Source of the DNA: Fidelibacterota bacterium
GTDB lineage: Bacteria; Bipolaricaulota; Bipolaricaulia; Bipolaricaulales; Bipolaricaulaceae
Assembly: GCA_024277405.1 (NCBI GenBank)
Contig: JAJRVI010000116.1
Span: 1 to 30,610 of the forward strand
Length of the DNA: 30,610 bases
Reading direction: 5' to 3'
Shown: piece after piece, positions 17,402 through 26,304 of the stretch
Position numbering within the stretch: position 1 is the first letter of the stretch
Layout of the letters: each line of letters opens with the position of its first letter
Program-made: the position numbers and the translations under genes
Notes under the pieces: model-generated
Told to the model about the DNA's origin: nothing
The model's input: the letters and a program-made list of their open reading frames with translations, nothing else
Database searches by the model: none

Positions 17402-20400
17402 ATGCCGATTTCCGGTGATGATATCCAGAAAATCCGCCTGGGGCTAGCGTCCCCCGAGGAGATCCTCTCCTGGTCCAAGGGGGAGGTCACCAACTCCGAG
17501 ACCATCAACTACCGGACCCATAAGCCCGAGAGGGGGGGTCTTTACGCCGAGGAGATCTTCGGCCCGGAGAACGACTACGAGTGCGCCTGCGGCAAGTACA
17601 AGGGGCGCAAGTACGAGGGGGTCACGTGCGAGAAGTGCGGGGTCCTCGTCACCACCTCCGAGGTGCGCCGGGTGAACATGGGGCACATCCGGCTCGCGAG
17701 CCCCGTGGTCCATTTCTGGTACCTGAAGGGCGTCGCCAGCCCACTCTCCCGGCTCCTCGGCATGAAACGCCGCGACCTCCGGCGTATCGCGTATTACGAG
17801 CCCGAGACCTCGCGGGAACGCCTCTTCATCGTGACACAATCCGCGAGCCCCAAGATAAAGCCCGGGGAGACCCTGTACGAGACCGAGGTGCGGATCCTGT
17901 CCTCCATCTTCTCCTTCGAGGTGGAACAAGCGATCCTCGTCACCGATGCCCCGGAGGCGCGAGCGCCGGTGTCCGGCCGGGTGGAGATCGAGGAGCGCAA
18001 GCTCCAAAACGGCGAATCCTTCCGGGTTGTGAAAGTGGGCGACCACGAGTTCCCCGTGACCCCCGATGCCGATGTCTACGTGGAGGACGGGGACGAGGTC
18101 CAGGAGGGGGAGCTCCTCTTCGAGCGCCCGGCGGGCGAGGTCTGCTCCCAGACCATGTTCGAGATGCTCCGGGCCCGCTACGACGGGATCAAGGGGGAGG
18201 AGATCCGCGAGACCGTGGATTACCTCACCTACCTCGTGATCCGGGTCCTGCGGGACGATGTCCCCCTGAAACTGGGCCAGATGATCACCACCCTGGAGAA
18301 GCGGGCCTACGAGCGGGCGTACCCCGGGGGGTTCGTGGCGGAGACCGGGGCTGAGGGGATCCAGGGGCTGCTGGCCAACCTCGACCTCGATGCCCTCTCC
18401 GAGGAGCTGTGGGAGGCGCTGGATCGCACCGCCAACCAGGGGGAGCGCCGCCGGATCCTCCACCGGCTGGAGGTGGTGGAGCAGCTCCGCCGCTCGGGAA
18501 ACCGCCCCGAAAACACGGTGCTCACGGTGATCCCGGTCCTCCCGCCGGGATTGCGTCCCATGATCCAGCTCGAGGGGGGAAAGTTCGCCACCACCGACCT
18601 GAACGACCTCTACCGCCGGATCATCAACCGCAATAACCGCCTGAAGAAGCTCATCGAGATGGGGGCCCCGGAGATCATCCTCCGGAACGAGCGGCGGATG
18701 CTCCAGGAGGCCGTGGACGCCCTCATCCACAACGAGAAGAAGGACAACCCCATCCGCGGGCGGGACAACCGCCCCCTCAAGTCCCTCTCCGAGCGCATCC
18801 AGGGCAAACATGGTCGGATGCGGCGCCATCTCCTGGGCCGCCGCGTGGACTACTCCGGCCGGGCGGTCATCGTGGTGAACCCCAAGCTCAAGCTCCACCA
18901 ATGTGGCCTCCCCAAGAAGATGGCCCTGGAGCTGTTCAAGCCCTTCATCATCCGGTACCTCACCGAGCGTTACCCCCACGTCCAGTTCGCGAACTACGAC
19001 GAGCTCAAGAACCGTGCCCTCGCGGGGGAGATCCCCGAGGTATGGGACATCCTGGAGGAGCTCATCAAGGAATACCCCGTGCTCCTGAACCGAGCCCCCA
19101 CCCTCCACCGGGTATCCATCCAGGCCTTCGAGCCGGTGCTGGTGGATGGGGACGCTATCCAGATCCATCCCCACGTGTGCCCACCCTACAACGCCGACTT
19201 CGACGGCGATCAGATGGCGGTCCACCTCCCGCTCTCCAAGGAGGCCGTGCAGGAGGCCAAGGAGCTCATGATGGCCCCGCGGAACATCCTCTCCCCCGCC
19301 CACGGGAACCCCCTGGCGGTCCCCACCCAGGACCAGGTCTACGGCTTCTACTACCTATCGGTGGAGAAGCCCGAGGGAAAGGGGAAGGGAAAGGCCTTCA
19401 GGAGCCTGGAGGAGGCGATCAAGGCCCACGAGCTCGGCCTCCTCGACATGCACGTCCCCGTGAAGATCAGGATCGACGGGGAGCTCGTGGAGACGACCCT
19501 CGGCCGGGCGATCCTGAACTCGGTGATCCCCAAAGAGCTCCGGGACTACAGGGCCACATTCAACTCCAAATACGTGCGGAAGCTCATCCTCGAGAGCTAT
19601 CTCCGGTACGGGTGGGAGCGTACCGCCGAACTCCTGGACAGGTTGAAGGAGCTCGGGTTCAAGTACGCCACGCTCTCCGGGCTCACCATCTCCCTGGTGG
19701 ACTGCGAGGTCCCCCCGAACAAGTGGGAGATCATCGAGGAGGCCAAGCGCAGGATCGAGGAGATCGAGAGGCTCTACCTGCGGGGGTTCGCCACCCCCGA
19801 GCAGCGCCGGGAGGCGGTGATCCGGATCTGGCAGGAGACCACCGATCGCCTGGAGAGGGCGACCATGCAGAACCTCTCCCGGAACCCCTTCAACCCCGTC
19901 TGGGGGATGGTGGCCTCCGGGGCCCGGGGCTCGGTTAACCAGGTGAAACAGCTCGCGGGCATGCGGGGCCTCATGGTCGACCCCAAGGGGCGCATCATCG
20001 AGTGGCCCGTGATCGCCAACTTCCGCGAGGGGCTCTCCATCTTCGAGTACTTCATCTCCACCCACGGGGGGCGGAAGGGGAACGCCGACACCGCGCTCCG
20101 CACCGCCGAGGCGGGGTATCTAACGCGCCGGCTCGTGGACGCCTGCGTCGATGTGGTCGTGCGTGAGCACGACTGCGGCACCCGCCAGGGGATCGAGATC
20201 GACCCCCTCTACTTCTCCCCCGGCGAGGTGATGGAGACCATTGCCGAGCGCATCTACGGCCGCGTCACCGCGGAGCCCGTGCGGCACCCGGCGACCGGTG
20301 AGGTGATCGTGGAACGCAACGTCCTCATCGGGCGCGAGCTCGCGGAGAGGCTGGGAACACTCGAGGCCGAGGTCTCGCTCGAGGAGGAGGGGATCGAGGA

Positions 20401-22366
20401 GCGGATCGGGTGGATGAAGGCGGTGGAGGACATACGCCATCCCGATACCGGCGCGGTACTGGTGCGGCGCGACGAGACCCTGACCCCCGAGCTCCTCGAG
20501 GACCTGCGCGCGGCGGGGGTGAAGGTGATCCGGGTGCGGCCCCGCATCGTCATCCGGTCCCCCATGACGTGCAAGACCCAGGAAGGGGTCTGCCAGCTCT
20601 GTTACGGGATGGAGATGGCCTTCCACCGGCTGGTGGAGCTCGGGACCGCGGTGGGGATCATCGCGGCCCAGTCCATCGGCGAGCCCGGGACCCAGCTCAC
20701 CATGCGGACGCACCACACGGGCGGCGTGGCGGGGCTCGACATCACCCAGGGCCTCCCCCGGGCCGAGGAGCTCTTCGAGGCCCGCAAGACCACCCAGGCC
20801 CCCCACGCCAACGTCGCCCCGATCTCCGGCTACGTCACCGCGGTGGAGACCACCCGGGAGGGGAAGGAACAGGTGGAACTCACCTCCGCGCCCCGCACGG
20901 TCAAGGTCCCGGTGGCCCTCTTCCGCCTCGCGGAGGGCGAGGAGGTGGACTTCCGCACCTTCGCCCAGCTCAAGTCCCCGGTGGAGGGAACGGCTTTCAT
21001 CTTCACCGAGGACGGCGTCCGGTACCTCGCGGTCCTCGACACACGCGGGCAGGACAAGCTCTACTTCCTCCCTCCGGGGGCGAAGCCCGCGGTGGAGCAC
21101 CGAGCCCACGTGAAAAAGGGCGACCCCCTGTCCGAGGAATACACCCTGCCCCCCGTCAGATCCCCGGCCGCGGGGGTGGTGGAGATCAAGTCCACCGATG
21201 GGTCCCCCATCATCTTCGTCCACGACAAGAGGGGACGCACCCACTTCGCGGAGGTCCCCCAGGGCGCGGAGATCCTCGTCTCCGACGGGGATGAGGTGGA
21301 GGAGGGCCAGGAGCTCACCGCGCCGGCGGGGCCGTTCCAGGTGTTGGCCGAGGCGGAGGGCACCGCCCTGGTGGGAGAGGGGGCGGTGGCGGTGATGTCC
21401 CCCTCCACCCGGGGGATCGTGGTCCCCCTGACCACGGATGTGATCCCCACCGTGGAGACCGGGGATCACGTGCGCGAGGGCCACGCGGTGCTCCTCATCG
21501 ACGTGCCCCAGGGGGAGAGCGTCCTCCTGGAGCGGGTGGAGCTGGAGGAGGGACTCGCCACGGTCCGGTTCCGTTACCGGACGCGGATCGTGTGCGACCA
21601 ACCCGCGGTGGTGCGGGTGGGGGACAAGGTGGAACGGGGCGAGGCGATCTCCAAGGGCGTCATCCCGCCCCAGCGGCTCATGGAGGTGGCGGGGGTGAAG
21701 AAGACCCAGGATTACCTCCTCACCGAGCTCCACAAGGTCTACAAATCCCAGGGCGTGGACATAAACGACAAGCACTTCGAGGTGGTCATCCGCCAGATCC
21801 TGAACAACGTGCGCATCATCGACCCCGGCGAATCAAATTTCCTCCTGAACGACGTGGTGCCGCTGGAGGTGTTCGAGGCGGAGATCAAGCGCCTAGCCGA
21901 GGAAAACGCCCGCATCCGCCAGGAACGGGAGGAGATCGTGGGGGACGTGCTGTTGGCCCCGGTGCGCCGTGGGGACATGGTGATCGCCGAGGCGGGGGAG
22001 GTGCTCACCGCGGACCTCCTGGAGCGCATGGTGAACCTGGGGGTTCGCCAGGTGCGGGTGGAGCACCATGGCGAGCCCCGGACCGTGCGCATCTCCGAGT
22101 ACCGCCTGCCCCAGGGCGAGCGGGAGCTCCTGCGGATCTCGCGGGCCGCGATCCTGCGGAAGTCCTGGCTCGCCGCGGCCTCGTTCGAACGCACCACCAA
22201 GGTCCTCGCCGACGCCGCGCTCCGGGGGGAGGAGGATCCCCTCACGAGCCTGAAGCCGTGCCTCATGGTGGGGAAGAAGGTCCCCGTGGGCACCGGGTTC
22301 GTGTTCCCCGATGAGGCCGAGGGCGAGGGGGAAGAGGTTGGAAAGAGCGAAGAGGAGAAGATATAA
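17402..22366 (+). CDS. rpoC: RNA polymerase beta' subunit, 1654 aa, with lineage-specific insertions
   Basis: ECACG...CEKCG zinc finger, LNRAPTLHR, catalytic NADFDGD, bridge helix GYLTRRLVD, QSIGEPGTQLTMRT, C-terminal PVGTG. Confidence 0.98.
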   Translation: MPISGDDIQKIRLGLASPEEILSWSKGEVTNSETINYRTHKPERGGLYAEEIFGPENDYECACGKYKGRKYEGVTCEKCGVLVTTSEVRRVNMGHIRLASPVVHFWYLKGVASPLSRLLGMKRRDLRRIAYYEPETSRERLFIVTQSASPKIKPGETLYETEVRILSSIFSFEVEQAILVTDAPEARAPVSGRVEIEERKLQNGESFRVVKVGDHEFPVTPDADVYVEDGDEVQEGELLFERPAGEVCSQTMFEMLRARYDGIKGEEIRETVDYLTYLVIRVLRDDVPLKLGQMITTLEKRAYERAYPGGFVAETGAEGIQGLLANLDLDALSEELWEALDRTANQGERRRILHRLEVVEQLRRSGNRPENTVLTVIPVLPPGLRPMIQLEGGKFATTDLNDLYRRIINRNNRLKKLIEMGAPEIILRNERRMLQEAVDALIHNEKKDNPIRGRDNRPLKSLSERIQGKHGRMRRHLLGRRVDYSGRAVIVVNPKLKLHQCGLPKKMALELFKPFIIRYLTERYPHVQFANYDELKNRALAGEIPEVWDILEELIKEYPVLLNRAPTLHRVSIQAFEPVLVDGDAIQIHPHVCPPYNADFDGDQMAVHLPLSKEAVQEAKELMMAPRNILSPAHGNPLAVPTQDQVYGFYYLSVEKPEGKGKGKAFRSLEEAIKAHELGLLDMHVPVKIRIDGELVETTLGRAILNSVIPKELRDYRATFNSKYVRKLILESYLRYGWERTAELLDRLKELGFKYATLSGLTISLVDCEVPPNKWEIIEEAKRRIEEIERLYLRGFATPEQRREAVIRIWQETTDRLERATMQNLSRNPFNPVWGMVASGARGSVNQVKQLAGMRGLMVDPKGRIIEWPVIANFREGLSIFEYFISTHGGRKGNADTALRTAEAGYLTRRLVDACVDVVVREHDCGTRQGIEIDPLYFSPGEVMETIAERIYGRVTAEPVRHPATGEVIVERNVLIGRELAERLGTLEAEVSLEEEGIEERIGWMKAVEDIRHPDTGAVLVRRDETLTPELLEDLRAAGVKVIRVRPRIVIRSPMTCKTQEGVCQLCYGMEMAFHRLVELGTAVGIIAAQSIGEPGTQLTMRTHHTGGVAGLDITQGLPRAEELFEARKTTQAPHANVAPISGYVTAVETTREGKEQVELTSAPRTVKVPVALFRLAEGEEVDFRTFAQLKSPVEGTAFIFTEDGVRYLAVLDTRGQDKLYFLPPGAKPAVEHRAHVKKGDPLSEEYTLPPVRSPAAGVVEIKSTDGSPIIFVHDKRGRTHFAEVPQGAEILVSDGDEVEEGQELTAPAGPFQVLAEAEGTALVGEGAVAVMSPSTRGIVVPLTTDVIPTVETGDHVREGHAVLLIDVPQGESVLLERVELEEGLATVRFRYRTRIVCDQPAVVRVGDKVERGEAISKGVIPPQRLMEVAGVKKTQDYLLTELHKVYKSQGVDINDKHFEVVIRQILNNVRIIDPGESNFLLNDVVPLEVFEAEIKRLAEENARIRQEREEIVGDVLLAPVRRGDMVIAEAGEVLTADLLERMVNLGVRQVRVEHHGEPRTVRISEYRLPQGERELLRISRAAILRKSWLAAASFERTTKVLADAALRGEEDPLTSLKPCLMVGKKVPVGTGFVFPDEAEGEGEEVGKSEEEKI

Positions 22367-22367
22367 T
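22338..22367 (+). promoter_or_regulatory. Promoter of rpsL-rpsG-fusA overlapping the rpoC stop codon
   Basis: TTGGAA (22338-22343), 18-nt spacer, TATAAT (22362-22367); the TAA within the -10 is the rpoC stop. Confidence 0.7.
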
Positions 22368-22387
22368 CCCACCTCGCAGGAGGTCCT

Positions 22388-22762
22388 ATGCCGACGATAA
22401 ATCAGCTCGTCAAACACGGGAGAAAGAAGCCGACGTGGAAGTCGAAGTCGCCCGCGCTGGAGGGCTGTCCGCAGCGGCGGGGGGTGTGTCTGCGGGTCTT
22501 CACCCAGACCCCCAAGAAGCCCAACTCCGCCCTGCGGAAGGTGGCCAGGGTGCGCCTTTCCAACGGGAACGAGGTCACGGCCTACATCCCTGGGGAGGGG
22601 CACAACCTCCAGGAGCACTCCCTCGTGCTCGTGCGCGGGGGCCGCGTGAAGGACCTCCCCGGCGTCAAATACCACATCATCCGCGGCGCCCTGGACGCCG
22701 CCGGGGTGGAGGGGCGCCGCCAAGGCCGTTCCAAGTACGGGGCCAAGCGCCCGAAGGAGTGA
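22388..22762 (+). CDS. rpsL: 30S ribosomal protein S12
   Basis: [35 protein letters not shown]. Confidence 0.99.
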   Translation: MPTINQLVKHGRKKPTWKSKSPALEGCPQRRGVCLRVFTQTPKKPNSALRKVARVRLSNGNEVTAYIPGEGHNLQEHSLVLVRGGRVKDLPGVKYHIIRGALDAAGVEGRRQGRSKYGAKRPKE

Positions 22763-22768
22763 TGGGAT

Positions 22769-23248
22769 ATGCCCGTTGAGGCTCACGACATCGTCATCCC
22801 CGGACGGGACGTGCCGCCGGACATCCGCTACGGCTCCAAGTTGGTGGAGAAGCTGATCAACTACGTGATGTGGGATGGGAAGAAATCCCTCGCCCGCCGC
22901 ATCGTCTACGGGGCATTCGACCTGATCGACAAGTGGGGAGAAGGCCCGGCCCTGGAGACCTTCATCAAGGCGGTCAAGAACTGTATGCCCAAGATGGAGG
23001 TGCGCTCCCGCCGCGTGGGCGGGGCCACCTATCAGGTGCCGTTTGAGGTCCCCCCTCACCGCCAGACGATGCTGGCGCTCCGCTGGATCGTCCAAGCCGC
23101 TCGGGAGCGCCCGGAGTACACCATGGTGGAGCGCCTGGCCCGGGAGATCGTGGACGCCGCGAAGGGGCAGGGGGGCGCGTACCAGCGTAAGGAAGAGACC
23201 CACCGCATGGCGGAAGCCAACCGCGCTTTCGCCCACTACCGCTGGTAG
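22769..23248 (+). CDS. rpsG: 30S ribosomal protein S7
   Basis: [35 protein letters not shown]. Confidence 0.98.
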   Translation: MPVEAHDIVIPGRDVPPDIRYGSKLVEKLINYVMWDGKKSLARRIVYGAFDLIDKWGEGPALETFIKAVKNCMPKMEVRSRRVGGATYQVPFEVPPHRQTMLALRWIVQAARERPEYTMVERLAREIVDAAKGQGGAYQRKEETHRMAEANRAFAHYRW

Positions 23249-23257
23249 TCCGCGGCG

Positions 23258-25354
23258 ATGGATCCCTCATACGACCTCCGCCGGGTCCGTAACATAGGGA
23301 TCATCGCCCACATCGACGCGGGGAAGACCACCCTTACCGAGCGGATCCTCTATTACGCCGGCCGCATCCACCGCATGGGGGAGGTCCACGAGGGGACCGC
23401 CACCATGGACTGGATGGACCAGGAACGGGAGCGCGGCATCACCATCACCGCCGCCGCCACCACCGTCCGCTGGGGCGATCACCAGATAAACATCGTGGAT
23501 ACCCCCGGCCACGTGGACTTCACCGCCGAGGTGGAACGGTCACTGCGGGTCCTGGACGGGGCGGTGGTCCTCTTCTCCGGGGTGGAGGGGGTGGAATCCC
23601 AATCGGAGACCGTCTGGCACCAGGCCGACCGCTACCGCGTCCCCCGCATCGCGTTCGTGAACAAGCTCGACCGGGTCGAAGCGGATTTCCTCCGCACGGT
23701 GGAGATGATGGTGGAGCGCCTGGGGGCGGTGCCCCTGGTGCTCGTCTTTCCCTGGCGCGACAAGGACGATCGCCTCCTGGGGATGATCGACCTCCTCTCC
23801 CTCCGGGCGATCCGCTGGGACCAGGGGACGAAGGGCACCCGGTACGAGTACCTCCCGGTCCCGGAGGAGGTCGCCGCCGAGGCCGCCGCCGTCCGTGAGG
23901 GGCTGTTCGAGCGGTTGGCGGAGTTCTCCGACGAGCTCGCCGCCATCTACCTCGAGGAGGGCGAAATCCCGGAGGACAAAGCCATCCCCGTGATCCGGGA
24001 CCTCACCCTCTCCCTGCGCGCGGTGCCCGTCTTCGGGGGATCGGCCTTGGGAAACATCGGGGTCCAACCCCTCCTCGACGGCGTCATCCGCTACCTTCCC
24101 TCGCCCCTGGACGTCCCCCCGGTGCGGGGCCACTCCCCCGACGGGAAAGAGGAACTCGTGCGGCACCCCGACCCCGATGAGCCCTTCTCCGCCCTCGTGT
24201 TCAAAGTGATGGCCGACCCGTACGCCGATCGCCTCCTCTACACCCGGATCTACTCGGGGCGAATCGGGGAGGGGGACCAGGTCCTCAACGCGACCTCCGG
24301 GCGGATGGTGCGGATAACCCGGCTCTTCCGGCTCCACGCCAACCGCCGCGAGCGGATGCGTGAGGCGAGCGCGGGGGATATCGTGGGCCTCACCGCCACC
24401 GAACGGGTCCTCACCGGGGACACCCTCTGCGACCCGGAACACCCCATCCTCCTCGAGCGCATACAGTTCCCGGAACCGGTGGTCTTCATGGCGGTGGAGC
24501 CTCGCTCCTCGGCGGAGGAGGACAAGCTCCGGGATTCCCTGGAGCGGATCGCCCAAGAGGACCCCACGTTCCACGTACGCGAGGATCCCCAGACCGGCCA
24601 GATCCTCGTGGGCGGGGTGGGGGAGCTGCAGCTGGAGGTCCAGCTCCGCCGCCTGCGCGAGGAGTACAACGTCCCCCATCGCGCGGGAAAGCCGCAGGTG
24701 GCCTATAAGACGACCATCACCTGCCCCGTGGAGATCGAGGAGGAGTTCACCCGCACGCTGGCGGGCAAGGCCCAGTTCGCCCGGATTGTGGTGCGCTTCG
24801 AGCCCCTCCCCCGGGGCGAGGGGTTCCTGTTCGCCAACGAGGTCCCGGAGGAGGTCCTCCCCAAGCCCTTCGTCGAGGCGGTGCGAAAGGGGATCGAGGA
24901 GGGCCTCGGTTCGAGCCCCATCGGCGGCTTCCCCGTCACCGACATCAAGGCGACCCTGGTGGACGCGGCCTACCACCCCACGGACTCGACGGAGGTGGCC
25001 TTCGAGGCCTGCGGCACCCAGGCGCTGTGGCACGCCCTGGAGCGAGACAAGGCCGTGATATTGGAACCTTACGTGGAAGGGGATATAATGACCCCTCGCG
25101 AGTACCTCGGTGAGGTAGTCGCGGACCTGGGTCGCCGAAGGGGCGATATCCGGCGGATCGAATCCCGTGGGCCGGTGGAGATCGTCCATGTGACGATGCC
25201 ACTGGCCGAGACCTTCGGGTACGCAACCCAGCTTCGTTCGCTCACTCAAGGGCGGGCGAGTTGTTCCCTTCGGGTGACCCACTACGATGTGGTGCCCGAA
25301 AAACTAGCCGAGGAAATCCTAAAGGGTAGGGGATACGGAGATGCCCAGGGATAA
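23258..25354 (+). CDS. fusA: Elongation factor G (divergent domains III-IV)
   Basis: [27 protein letters not shown]; five-domain length of 698 aa; str-operon position. Confidence 0.96.
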   Translation: MDPSYDLRRVRNIGIIAHIDAGKTTLTERILYYAGRIHRMGEVHEGTATMDWMDQERERGITITAAATTVRWGDHQINIVDTPGHVDFTAEVERSLRVLDGAVVLFSGVEGVESQSETVWHQADRYRVPRIAFVNKLDRVEADFLRTVEMMVERLGAVPLVLVFPWRDKDDRLLGMIDLLSLRAIRWDQGTKGTRYEYLPVPEEVAAEAAAVREGLFERLAEFSDELAAIYLEEGEIPEDKAIPVIRDLTLSLRAVPVFGGSALGNIGVQPLLDGVIRYLPSPLDVPPVRGHSPDGKEELVRHPDPDEPFSALVFKVMADPYADRLLYTRIYSGRIGEGDQVLNATSGRMVRITRLFRLHANRRERMREASAGDIVGLTATERVLTGDTLCDPEHPILLERIQFPEPVVFMAVEPRSSAEEDKLRDSLERIAQEDPTFHVREDPQTGQILVGGVGELQLEVQLRRLREEYNVPHRAGKPQVAYKTTITCPVEIEEEFTRTLAGKAQFARIVVRFEPLPRGEGFLFANEVPEEVLPKPFVEAVRKGIEEGLGSSPIGGFPVTDIKATLVDAAYHPTDSTEVAFEACGTQALWHALERDKAVILEPYVEGDIMTPREYLGEVVADLGRRRGDIRRIESRGPVEIVHVTMPLAETFGYATQLRSLTQGRASCSLRVTHYDVVPEKLAEEILKGRGYGDAQG
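25061..25089 (+). promoter_or_regulatory. Internal promoter in fusA, probably driving the S10 cluster
   Basis: TTGGAA (25061-25066), 17-nt spacer, TATAAT (25084-25089), in a patch of atypical A/T-ending codons. Confidence 0.7.
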
Positions 25355-25649
25355 GATCAGGATCAAACTGAAGAGCTACGACCACGAGCTGGTGGATCTC
25401 GCGGTGCGGAAGATCGTGGAGCGGGCCCTGAGCACCAGGGCCAAGGTGGTGGGTCCGATCCCGCTTCCCACCGAGCGGAGGCTCTATACGGTGCTGCGGT
25501 CGCCGCACGTGGACAAGCGCTCCATGGAACACTTCGAGCGCAAGATCCACAAGAGGCTCATCGACATCGTGGAGCCCACGGCCGAGACCATAAACGCCCT
25601 GATGGAGATCGAGCTTCCCACGGGGATCGACGTCGAGATCAAGCTGTGA
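25341..25649 (+). CDS. rpsJ: 30S ribosomal protein S10
   Basis: [32 protein letters not shown]. Confidence 0.98.
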   Translation: MPRDKIRIKLKSYDHELVDLAVRKIVERALSTRAKVVGPIPLPTERRLYTVLRSPHVDKRSMEHFERKIHKRLIDIVEPTAETINALMEIELPTGIDVEIKL

Positions 25650-25659
25650 GGGGGAAGGG

Positions 25660-26304
25660 ATGCTGGCGTTGATGGGGCGCAAGGTGGGGATGACACAGTG
25701 GTTCGACGAGGATGGCCGGGCCGTGGCGGCCACGGTGATCCACGTCGAACCCTCGGTGGTGGTGCAGATCCGCCGCCCCGAGGTGGAGGGCTACGCGGCC
25801 ATCCAGCTCGGGTACGAGCCCGTCCCCGAACGGAAGGTGACCAAGCCCCTCCTCGGGCACTTCCGGAAGGCGGGGGTGGAACCCCGGCGGCACCTCTACG
25901 AGGTCCGGGTGGACGACCCCGATGCCTTCCAGGTGGGGCAGGAGATCGGGGTCGATATCTTCTCGCCCGGGGACTTGGTGGACGTCACCGGGACCTCCAA
26001 GGGGCGTGGGTTCCAGGGGACGATCAAACGGTGGGACTTCAGTTACCGCCCCAAGTCCCACGGCCACAAGTGGATAAAGCGGCCGGGTACCTCCGGCCCC
26101 ATGGGCCTCAACAAGGTGATGAAGGGCAAGAAGATGCCGGGACACATGGGGGCGGATCGCGTCACGGTGAAGCGGCTCGTGGTCCTACGCGTGGACCCGG
26201 AGCATAACATCCTGGTCGTCAAAGGGTCCGTGCCGGGACACAAGAAGGGACTTCTCCTGATAAGGAAGAGCCATGCCCAAAGCGAAACTGTATCGGTGGG
26301 ATAA
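25660..26304 (+). CDS. rplC: 50S ribosomal protein L3
   Basis: GRKVGMTQ, DVTGTSKGRGFQG, KGKKMPGHMG, KGSVPG. Confidence 0.98.
   Translation: MLALMGRKVGMTQWFDEDGRAVAATVIHVEPSVVVQIRRPEVEGYAAIQLGYEPVPERKVTKPLLGHFRKAGVEPRRHLYEVRVDDPDAFQVGQEIGVDIFSPGDLVDVTGTSKGRGFQGTIKRWDFSYRPKSHGHKWIKRPGTSGPMGLNKVMKGKKMPGHMGADRVTVKRLVVLRVDPEHNILVVKGSVPGHKKGLLLIRKSHAQSETVSVG

Noticed and set aside
22769-22810. S7 N-terminus lacking the usual basic PRR motif
   Set aside because: The N-terminal tail is variable and the remainder is canonical.
26047-26140. L3 peptidyl-transferase-proximal loop shorter than in E. coli and lacking the methylated Gln
   Set aside because: Its length matches the Bacillus-type loop, so it is ordinary variation.
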